From assembly GCF_000009045.1 (NCBI RefSeq), contig NC_000964.3:3990001-4022000 (forward strand): a stretch of DNA of 32,000 nucleotides, in the 5' to 3' direction. How positions within the stretch are numbered: the stretch's first letter is position 1; the number at the start of each line of letters is the position of its first letter. Below are positions 7,964 through 16,986 of this stretch, piece after piece. Under the pieces are notes generated by a model that did not search any database, had not been told where the DNA came from, and worked only from the letters and a program-made list of their open reading frames with translations. The stretch is from Bacillus subtilis subsp. subtilis str. 168 (GTDB taxonomy: Bacteria > Bacillota > Bacilli > Bacillales > Bacillaceae). The translations under genes and the position numbers were made by a program.

Positions 7964-9097
7964 ATGGCTCAACAAACGAATGTTGCAGGACAAAAAACAG
8001 AAAAACAACGCAAAGCACCTTTCCGCGCCGATCATGTCGGCAGCTTGCTTCGTTCCGTTCCGGTAAAGGAAGCCCGGCAAAAAAAAGCGGCTGGTGAGAT
8101 GACAGCGGAACAGCTTCGTGATATCGAAAATCAAGAGATCACCCGCATCGTGGAAAAACAAAAAGAAATCGGTCTCGATGTGGTAACAGACGGGGAATTC
8201 CGGCGTTCCTGGTGGCATTATGACTTCCTGGAAGGGCTTGACGGTGTGGAACCGTTCATCCCGGCTGAGGGGATTCAGTTCCATAACACAAAAACGAAAG
8301 CGCGCAGCATCAAAGTGACGGGAAAACTCGATTTTACGAGCCACCCAGCGCTCGGTGATTATCAATTTTTACATGAGATTGCCGGTAACGCGACGCCAAA
8401 ATTGACCATTCCCAGTCCAAATATGCTGTTTTTTGGCGAAAAGGCGGATAAAGGGATTTATGACGATCAAGAGGAATACTTTCATGATATGGCCCAAGCG
8501 TACAAAAAAGCAATCAAAGCCTTCTATGATGCTGGCTGCCGTTATCTCCAGCTTGATGATACGTCATGGTCTCTCTTCTTTGAGGACAAAGGCAGAGAGG
8601 TTGTCCGGGCGCTCGGCGGTGATCCAGAAACATTGCCAGCCATATTTGCCAAAACAATTAACGATGCCGTCGCAGACCGGCCTGACGATTTAACGATCAC
8701 AATGCACATTTGCCGCGGCAACTTCCGCTCAACCTGGGCGGCATCAGGAGGGTACGACGCTGTAGCGGAAACGATTTTGGACGGCTTAAACCTTGACGGC
8801 CTTTTCTTGGAATACGATGATGACCGCTCCGGAAACTTTGATCCGCTCCGTTTTGTGAAGCGCAAGGATCTGCAAATTGTGCTCGGCTTGATCACATCGA
8901 AATACGGCGAGCTTGAAAATCCTGAGGATGTGAAACGCCGTATCAATGAAGCCGCGCGTTTTGTCAGCTTGGACCAGCTATGCCTGAGCCCGCAGTGCGG
9001 TTTCGCCTCTACAGAAGAAGGCAACCTTCTGACAGAGGAGCAGCAATGGGCAAAGCTGCGCCATGTCATCGACATTGCCAACGATGTGTGGAGATAA
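7964..9097 (+). CDS. yxjH: MetE-C-terminal-domain-like (cobalamin-independent methionine synthase family) methyltransferase, single-domain, 377 aa
   Basis: The ORF has a GAGG RBS. Conserved family motifs include VVTDGEFRR, HICRGN and a Zn-ligand-like LSPQCGF. It is preceded by an S-box leader. Confidence 0.9.
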   Translation: MAQQTNVAGQKTEKQRKAPFRADHVGSLLRSVPVKEARQKKAAGEMTAEQLRDIENQEITRIVEKQKEIGLDVVTDGEFRRSWWHYDFLEGLDGVEPFIPAEGIQFHNTKTKARSIKVTGKLDFTSHPALGDYQFLHEIAGNATPKLTIPSPNMLFFGEKADKGIYDDQEEYFHDMAQAYKKAIKAFYDAGCRYLQLDDTSWSLFFEDKGREVVRALGGDPETLPAIFAKTINDAVADRPDDLTITMHICRGNFRSTWAASGGYDAVAETILDGLNLDGLFLEYDDDRSGNFDPLRFVKRKDLQIVLGLITSKYGELENPEDVKRRINEAARFVSLDQLCLSPQCGFASTEEGNLLTEEQQWAKLRHVIDIANDVWR

Positions 9098-9104
9098 TCT
9101 ATCA

Positions 9105-9134
9105 TTGACAGAAATAGAAAATGTGTGAATAATA
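9105..9134 (+). promoter_or_regulatory. Sigma-A promoter for the yxjG S-box leader (TTGACA-N17-AATAAT region)
   Basis: TTGACA at 9105-9110, and an A/T-rich -10 preceded by TGTG around 9124-9134. Its position relative to the riboswitch matches that of the yxjH promoter. Confidence 0.5.
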
Positions 9135-9165
9135 GATACTATCAGAAAATTTAATAAAAAGGTTT

Positions 9166-9321
9166 TCCTTATCAAGAGAGGTGGAGGGACTGGCCCTGCG
9201 ATACCCGGCAACCGCTGTTTAACAGAATGGTGCTAAATCCTTTAGAGCAATGATTGCTCTTGAAGATAAGGTTGAGATTGTCACGCAAGCTCTTCCTTAT
9301 CCAAAGGAAGAGCTTTTTTAT
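9166..9321 (+). promoter_or_regulatory. Second SAM-I (S-box) riboswitch with terminator, leader of yxjG
   Basis: Core nearly identical to the first copy (CTTATCAAGAGAGGTGGAGGGACTGGCCCTGCGATACCCGGCAACC...GGTGCTAAATCC). Terminator CAAGCTCTTCCTT/AAGGAAGAGCTT plus a T-run (9286-9320). Confidence 0.92.
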
Positions 9322-9349
9322 ATTTGAATGGAAAGAAGGAATGGACAAC

Positions 9350-10486
9350 ATGTCACAACAAACAACACCCGCAGAACAAAAATCACTTCAAAGAAAAAAA
9401 CCGCCGTTTCGCGCGGATCAAGTCGGAAGCCTGCTAAGATCTGAGCCCGTCAAAAAAGCGCGGCTGCAAAAAGCGGCCGGCGAAATGACCGCTGAGCAGC
9501 TTCGCCAAATTGAAAACGACGAAATCATCCGCATTGTGGAAAAACAGAAGGAAACCGGCCTGAACGTCGTGACAGACGGTGAATTCCGCAGAGCATGGTG
9601 GCACTTTGATTTCCTGGAAAACTTAGATGGCGTTGAGCCGTTTACTCCTGAGCAAGGCATTCAATTCCATAACGTACAGACAAAAGCACGCGGCATTAAA
9701 GTCACAGGCGATATCGACTTTTCAACTCACCCAATGCTTGAAGATTACTCATTTCTCCATAGCATTGCCGGTGACGCGACGCCAAAGATGACGATTCCAA
9801 GTCCGAATATGCTGTTTTTCCGCGGAAAACTGGAAAAGGATGAATACAAAAACGATTATCAACTTTTCCAGCACGATGTATCCAAAGCATATAAAAAAGC
9901 GATTCAAGCGTTTTATGACAGAGGCTGCCGCTACCTCCAGCTTGATGATACAGCGTGGGCCGTTTTCTTATCAGAAAAAGGCTTAAAACAAATCGAAGCG
10001 TTCGGAACAACGCCTGACGAGCTTCGCCAGCTGTTTGCGAAATCCATTAACGACGCGATTGCAGACCGCCCGGATGACTTGACGGTAACCATGCATATTT
10101 GCCGCGGCAACTTCCAGTCCACTTGGACAGCGGAAGGCGGCTATGACGCAGCAGCCGAAACCATTTTTGACGGCTTGAATCTTGACGGACTTTTCTTAGA
10201 GTATGATGATTCACGCTCAGGCGGATTTGAGCCGCTCCGTTACGTAAAACGGTCTGATCTTCAGCTTGTTCTTGGCTTAGTGACATCTAAATTCGGTGAG
10301 CTTGAAAATCCGGATGACGTGAAACGCCGTATCGAAGAAGCGTCCCGTTATGTAAGCTTAGACCAGCTTTGCCTCAGCCCTCAATGCGGATTCGCTTCAA
10401 CTGAGGAAGGCAACAAGCTGACTGAAGAACAGCAATGGGCGAAGCTCCGCCATGTGGTTGAGATCGCTAATGATGTTTGGAAATAA
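9350..10486 (+). CDS. yxjG: Paralog of yxjH: MetE-C-terminal-like methyltransferase (378 aa from the best start)
   Basis: The track ORF (9254) runs through the riboswitch terminator, so that start is implausible. ATG 9350 follows GAAGGA by 9-10 nt and gives MSQQTTPAEQ, collinear with YxjH. Confidence 0.9.
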   Translation: MSQQTTPAEQKSLQRKKPPFRADQVGSLLRSEPVKKARLQKAAGEMTAEQLRQIENDEIIRIVEKQKETGLNVVTDGEFRRAWWHFDFLENLDGVEPFTPEQGIQFHNVQTKARGIKVTGDIDFSTHPMLEDYSFLHSIAGDATPKMTIPSPNMLFFRGKLEKDEYKNDYQLFQHDVSKAYKKAIQAFYDRGCRYLQLDDTAWAVFLSEKGLKQIEAFGTTPDELRQLFAKSINDAIADRPDDLTVTMHICRGNFQSTWTAEGGYDAAAETIFDGLNLDGLFLEYDDSRSGGFEPLRYVKRSDLQLVLGLVTSKFGELENPDDVKRRIEEASRYVSLDQLCLSPQCGFASTEEGNKLTEEQQWAKLRHVVEIANDVWK

Positions 10487-10491
10487 GCAAA

Positions 10492-10536
10492 GAAAAAAAC
10501 ACACTTGATTCCCTAGCGGAGCAAGTGTGTTTTTTA
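10492..10536. terminator. Bidirectional terminator between the convergent genes yxjG and yxjF
   Basis: AACACACTTG / CAAGTGTGTT stem with a 14-nt loop, an A-run on the left and a T-run on the right. Confidence 0.8.
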
Positions 10537-10538
10537 TG

Positions 10539-11312
10539 TCATTGTGCGGTGTAGCCCCCATCAAGGACGACAGCCTGCCCAGTGACGCCCTTCGCCTTCT
10601 CGCTTGCCAAAAACACGGCATAATCCGCAATTTCCTTGACGGAAAGCAGTCGCTTTTGCGGCACAAGCGGAAAAATGACTTGTTCAAGTACAGAGTCGTA
10701 AGGGACATTTCTAGTTTTCGATAGATCGCTAAGCTGATTGCGTACAAGCTGGGTATCGACATAACCCGGACAGAGCGCATTGACTGTTATGCCGTGGGGC
10801 GCGCCTTCCAGCGCCCCTACTTTTGTGAGTCCAATGACGCCGTGCTTGGCGCTATTATAAGCGGATTTCCCTGCAAAGCCCACTAATCCATTAACAGACG
10901 CAATATTAATGATTCTGCCAAACTGCTGTTTTTTCATGATCGGAAAAACATGCTTCATTGCAATAAAGGGAGCCGTCAGCATGACCTTGATCAGCTGTTC
11001 AAAGGTGTCTGTCGGAAACTCTTCAATCGGAGCGACGTGCTGAATACCGGCATTGTTCACCAGAATATCCAAGCGGCCGTATTGTTTTTGGATGACGTTC
11101 ACCGTATCAGCAACTTGCGCTTCCTTTGTCACATCATACGGAATGGCCGCCGCGTCAAAGCCTTCTTCTGCAAGCTTGGAGGCTGCTTTTTCACATGCTT
11201 CCGGACGGAGGTCTGAAACGATGACGCTGGCACCTTCCCGGGCGAATTCTCTTGCGATTTCGAATCCGATTCCGCCGGCAGCCCCTGTCACCAAAGCGAC
11301 TTGTTTTCTCAT
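10539..11312 (-). CDS. yxjF: Short-chain dehydrogenase, 3-hydroxybutyrate dehydrogenase-like
   Basis: SDR motifs: TGAAGGIG near the N-terminus, NNAG, and the catalytic S...YxxxK (SAYNSAKHG). ATG 11312 (MRKQVALVTG) is preferred over GTG 11321, which lies inside the GGGAAGGTG RBS. Confidence 0.88.
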   Translation of the reverse strand: MRKQVALVTGAAGGIGFEIAREFAREGASVIVSDLRPEACEKAASKLAEEGFDAAAIPYDVTKEAQVADTVNVIQKQYGRLDILVNNAGIQHVAPIEEFPTDTFEQLIKVMLTAPFIAMKHVFPIMKKQQFGRIINIASVNGLVGFAGKSAYNSAKHGVIGLTKVGALEGAPHGITVNALCPGYVDTQLVRNQLSDLSKTRNVPYDSVLEQVIFPLVPQKRLLSVKEIADYAVFLASEKAKGVTGQAVVLDGGYTAQ

Positions 11313-11328
11313 GTCAAACACCTTCCCA

Positions 11329-11979
11329 TTAAGAATTGAGTACAGACTGGCTTACAGCGAAATCAGCTTCTGTTTTTTCATAAACCTCTTCAATTGTGAC
11401 ACCATCCTGAAGCTCCGTCAGTGTCATGCGGCCGTTCACAAAATCAAATACAGCCAAATCCGTAATCAGCCTGTGTACGACTTTCTGGCCTGTCAGCGGA
11501 AGGGAGCATGTTTTTTTCACCTTTGATTCACCATGCTTATTGACGTGCTCCATGATGACAACGATTCGTTTCGCCCCGTTGACGAGATCCATGGCGCCGC
11601 CCATCCCTTTTACCATTTTGCCCGGGATCATCCAATTGGCCAAATCCCCCTGCTCCGAAACCTCCATTCCGCCGAGAATAGCTAAATCGATATGCCCGCC
11701 TCTTATCATCGCGAATGACTCAGCGCTGTCAAAATAAGAGGCGCCTGTCACTTCAGTGATCGTTTCCTTTCCCGCATTGATCAAATCCGCGTCTTCCGTT
11801 CCTTCCAGAGGATAGGGGCCAATTCCGAGCAAGCCGTTTTCCGACTGAAGCATGACGTGAACGCCATCGGGTATCTCATTTGCGACAAGCGTCGGCATTC
11901 CAATCCCGAGATTCACATTCATGCCGTCCTTGATTTCTTGTACAGCCCGTTTGACCATTCGTTTTCTCGCTTCCTTCAC
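11329..11979 (-). CDS. scoB: Succinyl-CoA:3-oxoacid CoA-transferase subunit B
   Basis: 216 aa, family-I CoA-transferase beta subunit (..SENG.. glutamate motif in [10 protein letters not shown]). The GTG start overlaps the scoA TGA (GTGA, 11976-11979). Confidence 0.92.
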   Translation of the reverse strand: MKEARKRMVKRAVQEIKDGMNVNLGIGMPTLVANEIPDGVHVMLQSENGLLGIGPYPLEGTEDADLINAGKETITEVTGASYFDSAESFAMIRGGHIDLAILGGMEVSEQGDLANWMIPGKMVKGMGGAMDLVNGAKRIVVIMEHVNKHGESKVKKTCSLPLTGQKVVHRLITDLAVFDFVNGRMTLTELQDGVTIEEVYEKTEADFAVSQSVLNS

Positions 11980-12692
11980 TTGGCCTCACCCTTTCCCGAT
12001 GCTTGCTGAACTGTTCGTTTTTCAATCCGTTTTTCTTGGCTCGCGCCAAGCACGACATGCTGTACGTAAATTCCCGGCGTATGGATGTGATCTGGATCGA
12101 GCTCTCCTGCTTCCACGATTTCTTCCGCCTCGGCAATCGTGATCTTGCCTGCCATGGCGGCAATGGGATTGAAATTTCTCGCCGTTTTCCTAAAAATCAA
12201 ATTGCCCATGGTGTCCGCTTTCCACGCTTTGACGATCGCCACATCGCCGGTAATGCCTCGCTCCAGCACATAAGTCCGGCCGCCGAATGTTTTATGTTCT
12301 TTTCCCTCGGCTATGGAGGTGCCGACGCCTGTCGCCGTATAAAATCCCGGTATGCCTGCACCGCCTGCACGAATTCTCTCAGCGAGCGTTCCTTGGGGAA
12401 CAAGCTCTACCTCAAGCTCTCCGCTTAAAAACTGCCGCTCAAAAATTTTATTTTCACCGACATAGGAAGCGATCATTTTCTTGATTTGCTTGTTAGCCAG
12501 AAGCAAACCAAGCCCCCAGTCATCGACTCCGCAGTTATTGCTGACAACGGTTAAATCCTTTACTCCCTGATCTCTTATAGACAAAATGAGCTGTTCAGGG
12601 ATGCCGCACAGCCCAAACCCTCCCGCGATCAGCGTATCCCCATCATGAATCAGTTTCGCAGCTTCCTTGCTTGATGACAGCACTTTTCCCAT
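11976..12692 (-). CDS. scoA: Succinyl-CoA:3-oxoacid CoA-transferase subunit A
   Basis: 238 aa, family-I CoA-transferase alpha subunit ([16 protein letters not shown]). Translationally coupled to scoB. Confidence 0.92.
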   Translation of the reverse strand: MGKVLSSSKEAAKLIHDGDTLIAGGFGLCGIPEQLILSIRDQGVKDLTVVSNNCGVDDWGLGLLLANKQIKKMIASYVGENKIFERQFLSGELEVELVPQGTLAERIRAGGAGIPGFYTATGVGTSIAEGKEHKTFGGRTYVLERGITGDVAIVKAWKADTMGNLIFRKTARNFNPIAAMAGKITIAEAEEIVEAGELDPDHIHTPGIYVQHVVLGASQEKRIEKRTVQQASGKGEAK

Positions 12693-12715
12693 ATTGATGC
12701 CCCTTTCGTTTTCTT

Positions 12716-14140
12716 CTACACTAGACCAGTCAGGCTGTAAATCGCGATCACAGCAAATACGGCAGCCGTTTTAATGAGCGTGATCGCAAAAATATCGCGA
12801 TAGGATTGCCGGTGGGTCAAACCCGTCACGGCCAGAAGCGTGATAACGGCGCCATTATGCGGCAGTGTATCCATCCCGCCTGATGCCATTGAAATGACCC
12901 GATGCATCACCTCTGGCGGAATATTGTAAGCCTGAATCGCCTGTAAGTATTGTTCTGACATCGCGCTTAACGCAATGCCCATTCCTCCCGAAGCCGAGCC
13001 GGTGATTCCCGCCAGCGCAGTTGTCGTAACGGCGCCATTTACAAGCGGATCGGTAAAAGTATGTGAAATTCCGCTGCTCAGCTTATGAAACCCCGGCAGC
13101 GCGGCGATAATGCCGCCGAACCCGTACTCAGCACCCGTATTCATAGATGCCAGCAAGGCGCCGCCAATTCCTTCATTCAGCCCTTCCTTCAATTGGGCAA
13201 ACACACTTCTCCAATCAAATAATATCGTTGTGATGATGCCAATCACTAAAGCAATCTCCACCGACCAAATAGCAGCCGCTGAAGAAATATCAAGCCTGCC
13301 GAACTCCTTTAATCCTATGGAAGAAAAATCAAATCCATTCGGATACCACTTTGGCAGGTAAATGGTGAAATATTTATTCACTGCACCGACGAGAATAAGC
13401 GGGACAAAGGCAAGCGCGTGCCGAATCGGGCTTTTGTCCGGTTCAGCCGCGGACTCAATCGATTCAGGAGCAGGAGCATTCTGCGAATCAAAACCGCCAT
13501 AGCCTTCGCCAGATGCCTGCGCTTTCTTCCGCCTTGATTCCAAATAGAGCATCCCAGCTGCCAGCACAATCACTGCGCCCATCAAACCCAGCCAAGGGGC
13601 GGCATAAATGTCTGTTTTGAAAAACGACGTCGGGATGACATTTTGGATTTGCGGCGTTCCCGGAAGTGCGTCCATCGTAAACGTAAAAGCTCCTAAAGCA
13701 ATCGTACCCGGGATGAGGCGTTTTGGTATGTTTGCTTCTTGGAACATGTTTTTCGCAAAAGGATATACAGCAAATACGACAACAAACAGGCTGACACCGC
13801 TGTACGTCAAGACAGCACCCATCAGCACAATGGCAAGTATCGCTCTTTTTGCCCCGACAAGCCGGACAATTGTTTTCGCGATTGATGCCGCAAGCCCGGC
13901 CATTTCAACGACCTTTCCAAAAATAGCACCGAGCAAAAACACTGGGAAATACAGCTTAATAAAACCCGCCATCTTCTCCATAAAAATTGATGAAAAAAAA
14001 GGAAGCACATGGCTTGGATCTGTCAGCAGCACCGCGAATAACGCGCAAATCGGCGCAAACAATATGACAGAAAATCCCCGATACGCCGTAAACATCAGCA
14101 AACCTAACGCCAATAGAATGATGATCAGTTCCACACACAC
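12716..14140 (-). CDS. yxjC: GntP-family permease, a likely 3-hydroxybutyrate/ketone-body transporter by context
   Basis: About 474 aa, polytopic throughout, and the first gene of the same-strand yxjC-scoA-scoB-yxjF cluster. The start is uncertain: GTG 14140, or GTG 14134, which has better spacing from GGGGGA. Confidence 0.85.
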   Translation of the reverse strand: MCVELIIILLALGLLMFTAYRGFSVILFAPICALFAVLLTDPSHVLPFFSSIFMEKMAGFIKLYFPVFLLGAIFGKVVEMAGLAASIAKTIVRLVGAKRAILAIVLMGAVLTYSGVSLFVVVFAVYPFAKNMFQEANIPKRLIPGTIALGAFTFTMDALPGTPQIQNVIPTSFFKTDIYAAPWLGLMGAVIVLAAGMLYLESRRKKAQASGEGYGGFDSQNAPAPESIESAAEPDKSPIRHALAFVPLILVGAVNKYFTIYLPKWYPNGFDFSSIGLKEFGRLDISSAAAIWSVEIALVIGIITTILFDWRSVFAQLKEGLNEGIGGALLASMNTGAEYGFGGIIAALPGFHKLSSGISHTFTDPLVNGAVTTTALAGITGSASGGMGIALSAMSEQYLQAIQAYNIPPEVMHRVISMASGGMDTLPHNGAVITLLAVTGLTHRQSYRDIFAITLIKTAAVFAVIAIYSLTGLV

Positions 14141-14244
14141 ATCCCCCGTTTCCGCGAACTAGAAAGCGTTTACAAAAACCTGTCCGCATCGGCTGTTTCC
14201 GTCCCCTTTCCATATGTACGAGAAGCGTGGGCCAACTATTCCGA

Positions 14245-14280
14245 TTAAAAAAGGAAAGCTCCTTTTTTCGGAGCTTTCCT
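14245..14280 (-). terminator. Rho-independent terminator after yxjB
   Basis: GGAAAGCTCC (14253-14262) and GGAGCTTTCC (14270-14279), with TTTTTT following on the minus strand (14245-14252). Confidence 0.85.
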
Positions 14281-14287
14281 CTACCAT

Positions 14288-15136
14288 TCATTTCATTCCT
14301 ATTAGGATATCAACATCAACCGTAATATCGGCTGATTTCATCTCTTTCAGCAGGCTGACTCGATCTTTCGGCGCCGACCAGGCAAGCGGCGTCATCTTGA
14401 GAAGCCAGTGGATCGCCTGCTGGTCAAGCGTTTTAACATAGCGCAGCCTGACAGGACGGCTGTGTGCTGCATTTGCTGTAAAACGCTCAACTGCTGCCGT
14501 ATTGGAATACGTGCGCCTTGGTGAATCAGTATATAAAAATTGCCTTAATTCTATTAAATAGTCGCTTCGCGGCACTACTTTTATGAGCATGCCATCATTC
14601 TTCAGCAGTCTATGAAACTCTGCATAATTGGACGGCGAAAAAATAGACAGAACAACATCAAATTGGCGATCATGAAAAGGAGCACGCGCCACATCGGCAA
14701 CCGCCCACATCAGATCTTTGAATGCCTTAGAAGCTTTTAAGATCCCGTCCTTCGAAAGATCTATGCCGGTTCCTATCGCTGCTTTCCCTGCATAATCAAA
14801 CCCGCAAAGCGCATTCAAATGAGAACCCTCACCGCAACCGCTGTCCAAGATGGTGAATGCCTCATGACCAGATTTGGGATGACTGATGAGCTCTGCAATC
14901 GCATCATGGAGCGGGTCAAAAAAACCACATTCTCCAATCAGCCTGCTCCTCGCTTCAAAAAGCTCGGCACCGTAACTGGTTTTGACCGGCTTCGTCAGAA
15001 AGTTCACGTAGCCGTGCCGAGATAGATCAAATGTATGTCCTCGTTCTGTACAAATCAAGCTTTTCCCTGATGCCGCATCCATAGAAGAATCGCAGAGCGG
15101 GCATCGAAACATGCTGAAATCAACTGTTCGCTTCAT
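14288..15136 (-). CDS. rlmA: 23S rRNA (guanine-N1)-methyltransferase, RlmA family
   Basis: N-terminal Zn-ribbon (FRCPLC...C) followed by the class-I SAM-MTase motif ILDSGCGEG. ATG 15136 (MKRTVDF) follows GGGGTG by about 10 nt. The historical name is yxjB. Confidence 0.85.
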   Translation of the reverse strand: MKRTVDFSMFRCPLCDSSMDAASGKSLICTERGHTFDLSRHGYVNFLTKPVKTSYGAELFEARSRLIGECGFFDPLHDAIAELISHPKSGHEAFTILDSGCGEGSHLNALCGFDYAGKAAIGTGIDLSKDGILKASKAFKDLMWAVADVARAPFHDRQFDVVLSIFSPSNYAEFHRLLKNDGMLIKVVPRSDYLIELRQFLYTDSPRRTYSNTAAVERFTANAAHSRPVRLRYVKTLDQQAIHWLLKMTPLAWSAPKDRVSLLKEMKSADITVDVDILIGMK

Positions 15137-15485
15137 GATAAAAAACACCCCATTCATTCATTTTTAGATAAATGAAAAAGGCATAGACAAATAAACCTAG
15201 GCCTATCTCAAAAATTGGCCAGGTCTGGCAGTTTGTCTACACCTGTCATTATCTATAACGAATGAATTGGATAATCATGAAAAAAACTCCCTTTCTGCTG
15301 TATGGGTTTCCCCGTTTCCATCATACAACAAATATCCAGGAGCTGGAACCTTATAGTGAAGAAAAATCAGTACTGACATGCTGGTATCCCGCCAACATCA
15401 TATCAGCATAGCAATCCAGCATGTTTTTCCTTTATTTTCTCATTTTAGAATATAAATTTTATTATTGTGAAAATAGTTAAAAAGG

Positions 15486-15514
15486 TTGATTTTCAAAAAG
15501 TGAAAGGATAAAAT
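15486..15514 (+). promoter_or_regulatory. Sigma-A promoter for the nupG leader (TTGATT-N17-TAAAAT)
   Basis: TTGATT at 15486-15491, a 17-nt spacer, and TAAAAT at 15509-15514, about 27 nt upstream of the purine aptamer. Confidence 0.7.
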
Positions 15515-15540
15515 ACTGCTATCATCTTAGAAAAAGACAT

Positions 15541-15610
15541 TCTTGTATATGATCAGTAATATGGTCTGATTGTTTCTACCTAGTAACCGTAAAAAACTAG
15601 ACTACAAGAA
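15541..15610 (+). promoter_or_regulatory. Purine (G-box) riboswitch aptamer
   Basis: TCTTGTATATGATCAGTAATATGGTCTGATTGTTTCTACCTAGTAACCGTAAAAAACTAGACTACAAGA. The P1 (CTTGTA/TACAAG), P2 and P3 helices and the conserved junctions (UAUA, AAUAUGG, GUUUCUACC, CCGUAAA) are all readable. The discriminator before the 3' P1 strand is C, which indicates the guanine/hypoxanthine class. Confidence 0.92.
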
Positions 15611-15659
15611 AGTTTGAATAAATTTGAACGAGTTGAAAAGGACAAGTTCTTTTCTGTTT

Positions 15660-15718
15660 GCTCTTATTTTTCACACTTTCTGCACTTCCAGAATTTGTGA
15701 AGGATAAGAGCTTTTTTT
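15660..15718 (+). terminator. Expression-platform terminator of the purine riboswitch
   Basis: About 16-bp stem (GCTCTTATTTTTCACA / TGTGAAGGATAAGAGC, including two G-U pairs), followed by TTTTTTT (15712-15718). Confidence 0.8.
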
Positions 15719-15751
15719 GTTTCCATAATAACCCTCATAGGAGTTGCTATC

Positions 15752-16945
15752 ATGTACTTTTTACTAAACCTTGTCGGTCTCATTGTGATTATGGCAGTTG
15801 TATTCCTATGTTCTCCGCAGAAAAAGAAAATCAAGTGGCGCCCGATCATTACGTTAATTGTTCTGGAATTGCTGATTACTTGGTTTATGCTGGGAACAAA
15901 AGTCGGAAGCTGGGCCATCGGTAAAATCGGTGATTTCTTCACTTGGCTGATTGCTTGCGCCAGTGACGGTATCGCGTTTGCCTTTCCGTCAGTGATGGCG
16001 AATGAAACAGTAGACTTTTTCTTTAGTGCGCTTCTTCCAATTATCTTTATCGTCACATTCTTTGATATTTTAACGTATTTCGGCATTTTGCCTTGGCTGA
16101 TTGATAAAATCGGATGGGTGATTTCAAAGGCTTCCCGCTTGCCGAAATTAGAAAGCTTTTTCTCTATTCAAATGATGTTCCTTGGAAATACCGAAGCACT
16201 TGCGGTCATCCGCCAGCAGCTTACGGTTTTAAGCAACAACCGCCTGCTCACATTCGGTTTAATGAGCATGAGCAGCATCAGCGGCTCCATTATCGGATCT
16301 TATCTTTCAATGGTGCCTGCGACATACGTGTTTACAGCCATTCCTTTGAACTGCTTAAACGCGCTGATTATCGCAAACCTGCTGAATCCTGTTCACGTGC
16401 CGGAGGATGAAGATATCATCTATACACCGCCTAAAGAAGAGAAGAAAGACTTTTTCTCTACGATTTCTAACAGTATGCTTGTCGGCATGAACATGGTTAT
16501 CGTTATTTTGGCAATGGTGATCGGATATGTCGCATTAACGTCAGCAGTTAATGGCATTCTTGGCGTTTTCGTACATGGCCTGACCATCCAGACAATTTTT
16601 GCTTATCTGTTCAGTCCGTTCGCATTCCTGCTTGGACTGCCAGTGCACGATGCGATGTATGTTGCTCAGCTGATGGGCATGAAATTAGCAACGAACGAGT
16701 TTGTTGCGATGCTTGACTTGAAAAACAATCTCAAATCCCTTCCGCCTCACACCGTTGCGGTGGCGACGACATTCCTGACGTCCTTTGCAAACTTCAGTAC
16801 TGTCGGCATGATTTACGGCACGTACAATTCGATCCTTGACGGAGAAAAGTCAACGGTCATCGGGAGAAACGTGTGGAAACTGCTCGTCAGCGGAATTGCG
16901 GTATCTTTATTAAGTGCTGCGATTGTCGGCCTGTTTGTGTGGTAG
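15752..16945 (+). CDS. nupG: Purine nucleoside transporter, concentrative nucleoside transporter (NupC/CNT) family
   Basis: 397-aa polytopic ORF with an AGGAG RBS 7 nt upstream, preceded by the G-box riboswitch. The historical name is yxjA. Confidence 0.9.
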   Translation: MYFLLNLVGLIVIMAVVFLCSPQKKKIKWRPIITLIVLELLITWFMLGTKVGSWAIGKIGDFFTWLIACASDGIAFAFPSVMANETVDFFFSALLPIIFIVTFFDILTYFGILPWLIDKIGWVISKASRLPKLESFFSIQMMFLGNTEALAVIRQQLTVLSNNRLLTFGLMSMSSISGSIIGSYLSMVPATYVFTAIPLNCLNALIIANLLNPVHVPEDEDIIYTPPKEEKKDFFSTISNSMLVGMNMVIVILAMVIGYVALTSAVNGILGVFVHGLTIQTIFAYLFSPFAFLLGLPVHDAMYVAQLMGMKLATNEFVAMLDLKNNLKSLPPHTVAVATTFLTSFANFSTVGMIYGTYNSILDGEKSTVIGRNVWKLLVSGIAVSLLSAAIVGLFVW

Positions 16946-16952
16946 AAACATT

Positions 16953-16985
16953 GAGCCATATCCCTTTTCGGATATGGCTCTTTTC
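16953..16985 (+). terminator. Rho-independent terminator after nupG
   Basis: GAGCCATATCC (16953-16963), loop CTTTTC, GGATATGGCTC (16970-16980), then TTTT. Confidence 0.85.
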
Positions 16986-16986
16986 A

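Noticed and set aside
8542-10780. Minus-strand ORFs 8542..9105 (187 aa), 9702..10010 and 10397..10780, together with several short overlapping ORFs
   Set aside because: They are antisense shadows of yxjH and yxjG or run across the terminator. Their Ser/Arg-rich composition is typical of reverse-frame translation of real genes.
13608-14162. 184-aa + strand ORF opposite yxjC
   Set aside because: It is antisense to a polytopic GntP permease frame that is open for 474 codons. It has no RBS, and it crosses the yxjC start region.
14141-14287. Sigma-54-like TGGCCC-N5-TCTCG and sigma-E-like CATATGGA motifs upstream of yxjC
   Set aside because: Only the GG of the -24 element is present, and the -12 GC is missing. 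The sigma-E-like match is partial and has non-canonical spacing to any -35. This is too weak to annotate.
15278-15421. 47-codon + strand ORF (MKKTPFLLYGFPRFHH...) in the yxjB/nupG intergenic region
   Set aside because: It has only a GGA remnant as an RBS, no recognisable promoter or terminator, and no motif. It is mentioned in a finding but not called as a gene.
15664-16086. 140-aa minus-strand ORF and 88-aa + ORF (15658..15924) at the nupG 5' end
   Set aside because: They overlap the riboswitch terminator and the nupG frame. nupG has a proper AGGAG RBS and a CNT-family sequence, and these ORFs have neither.
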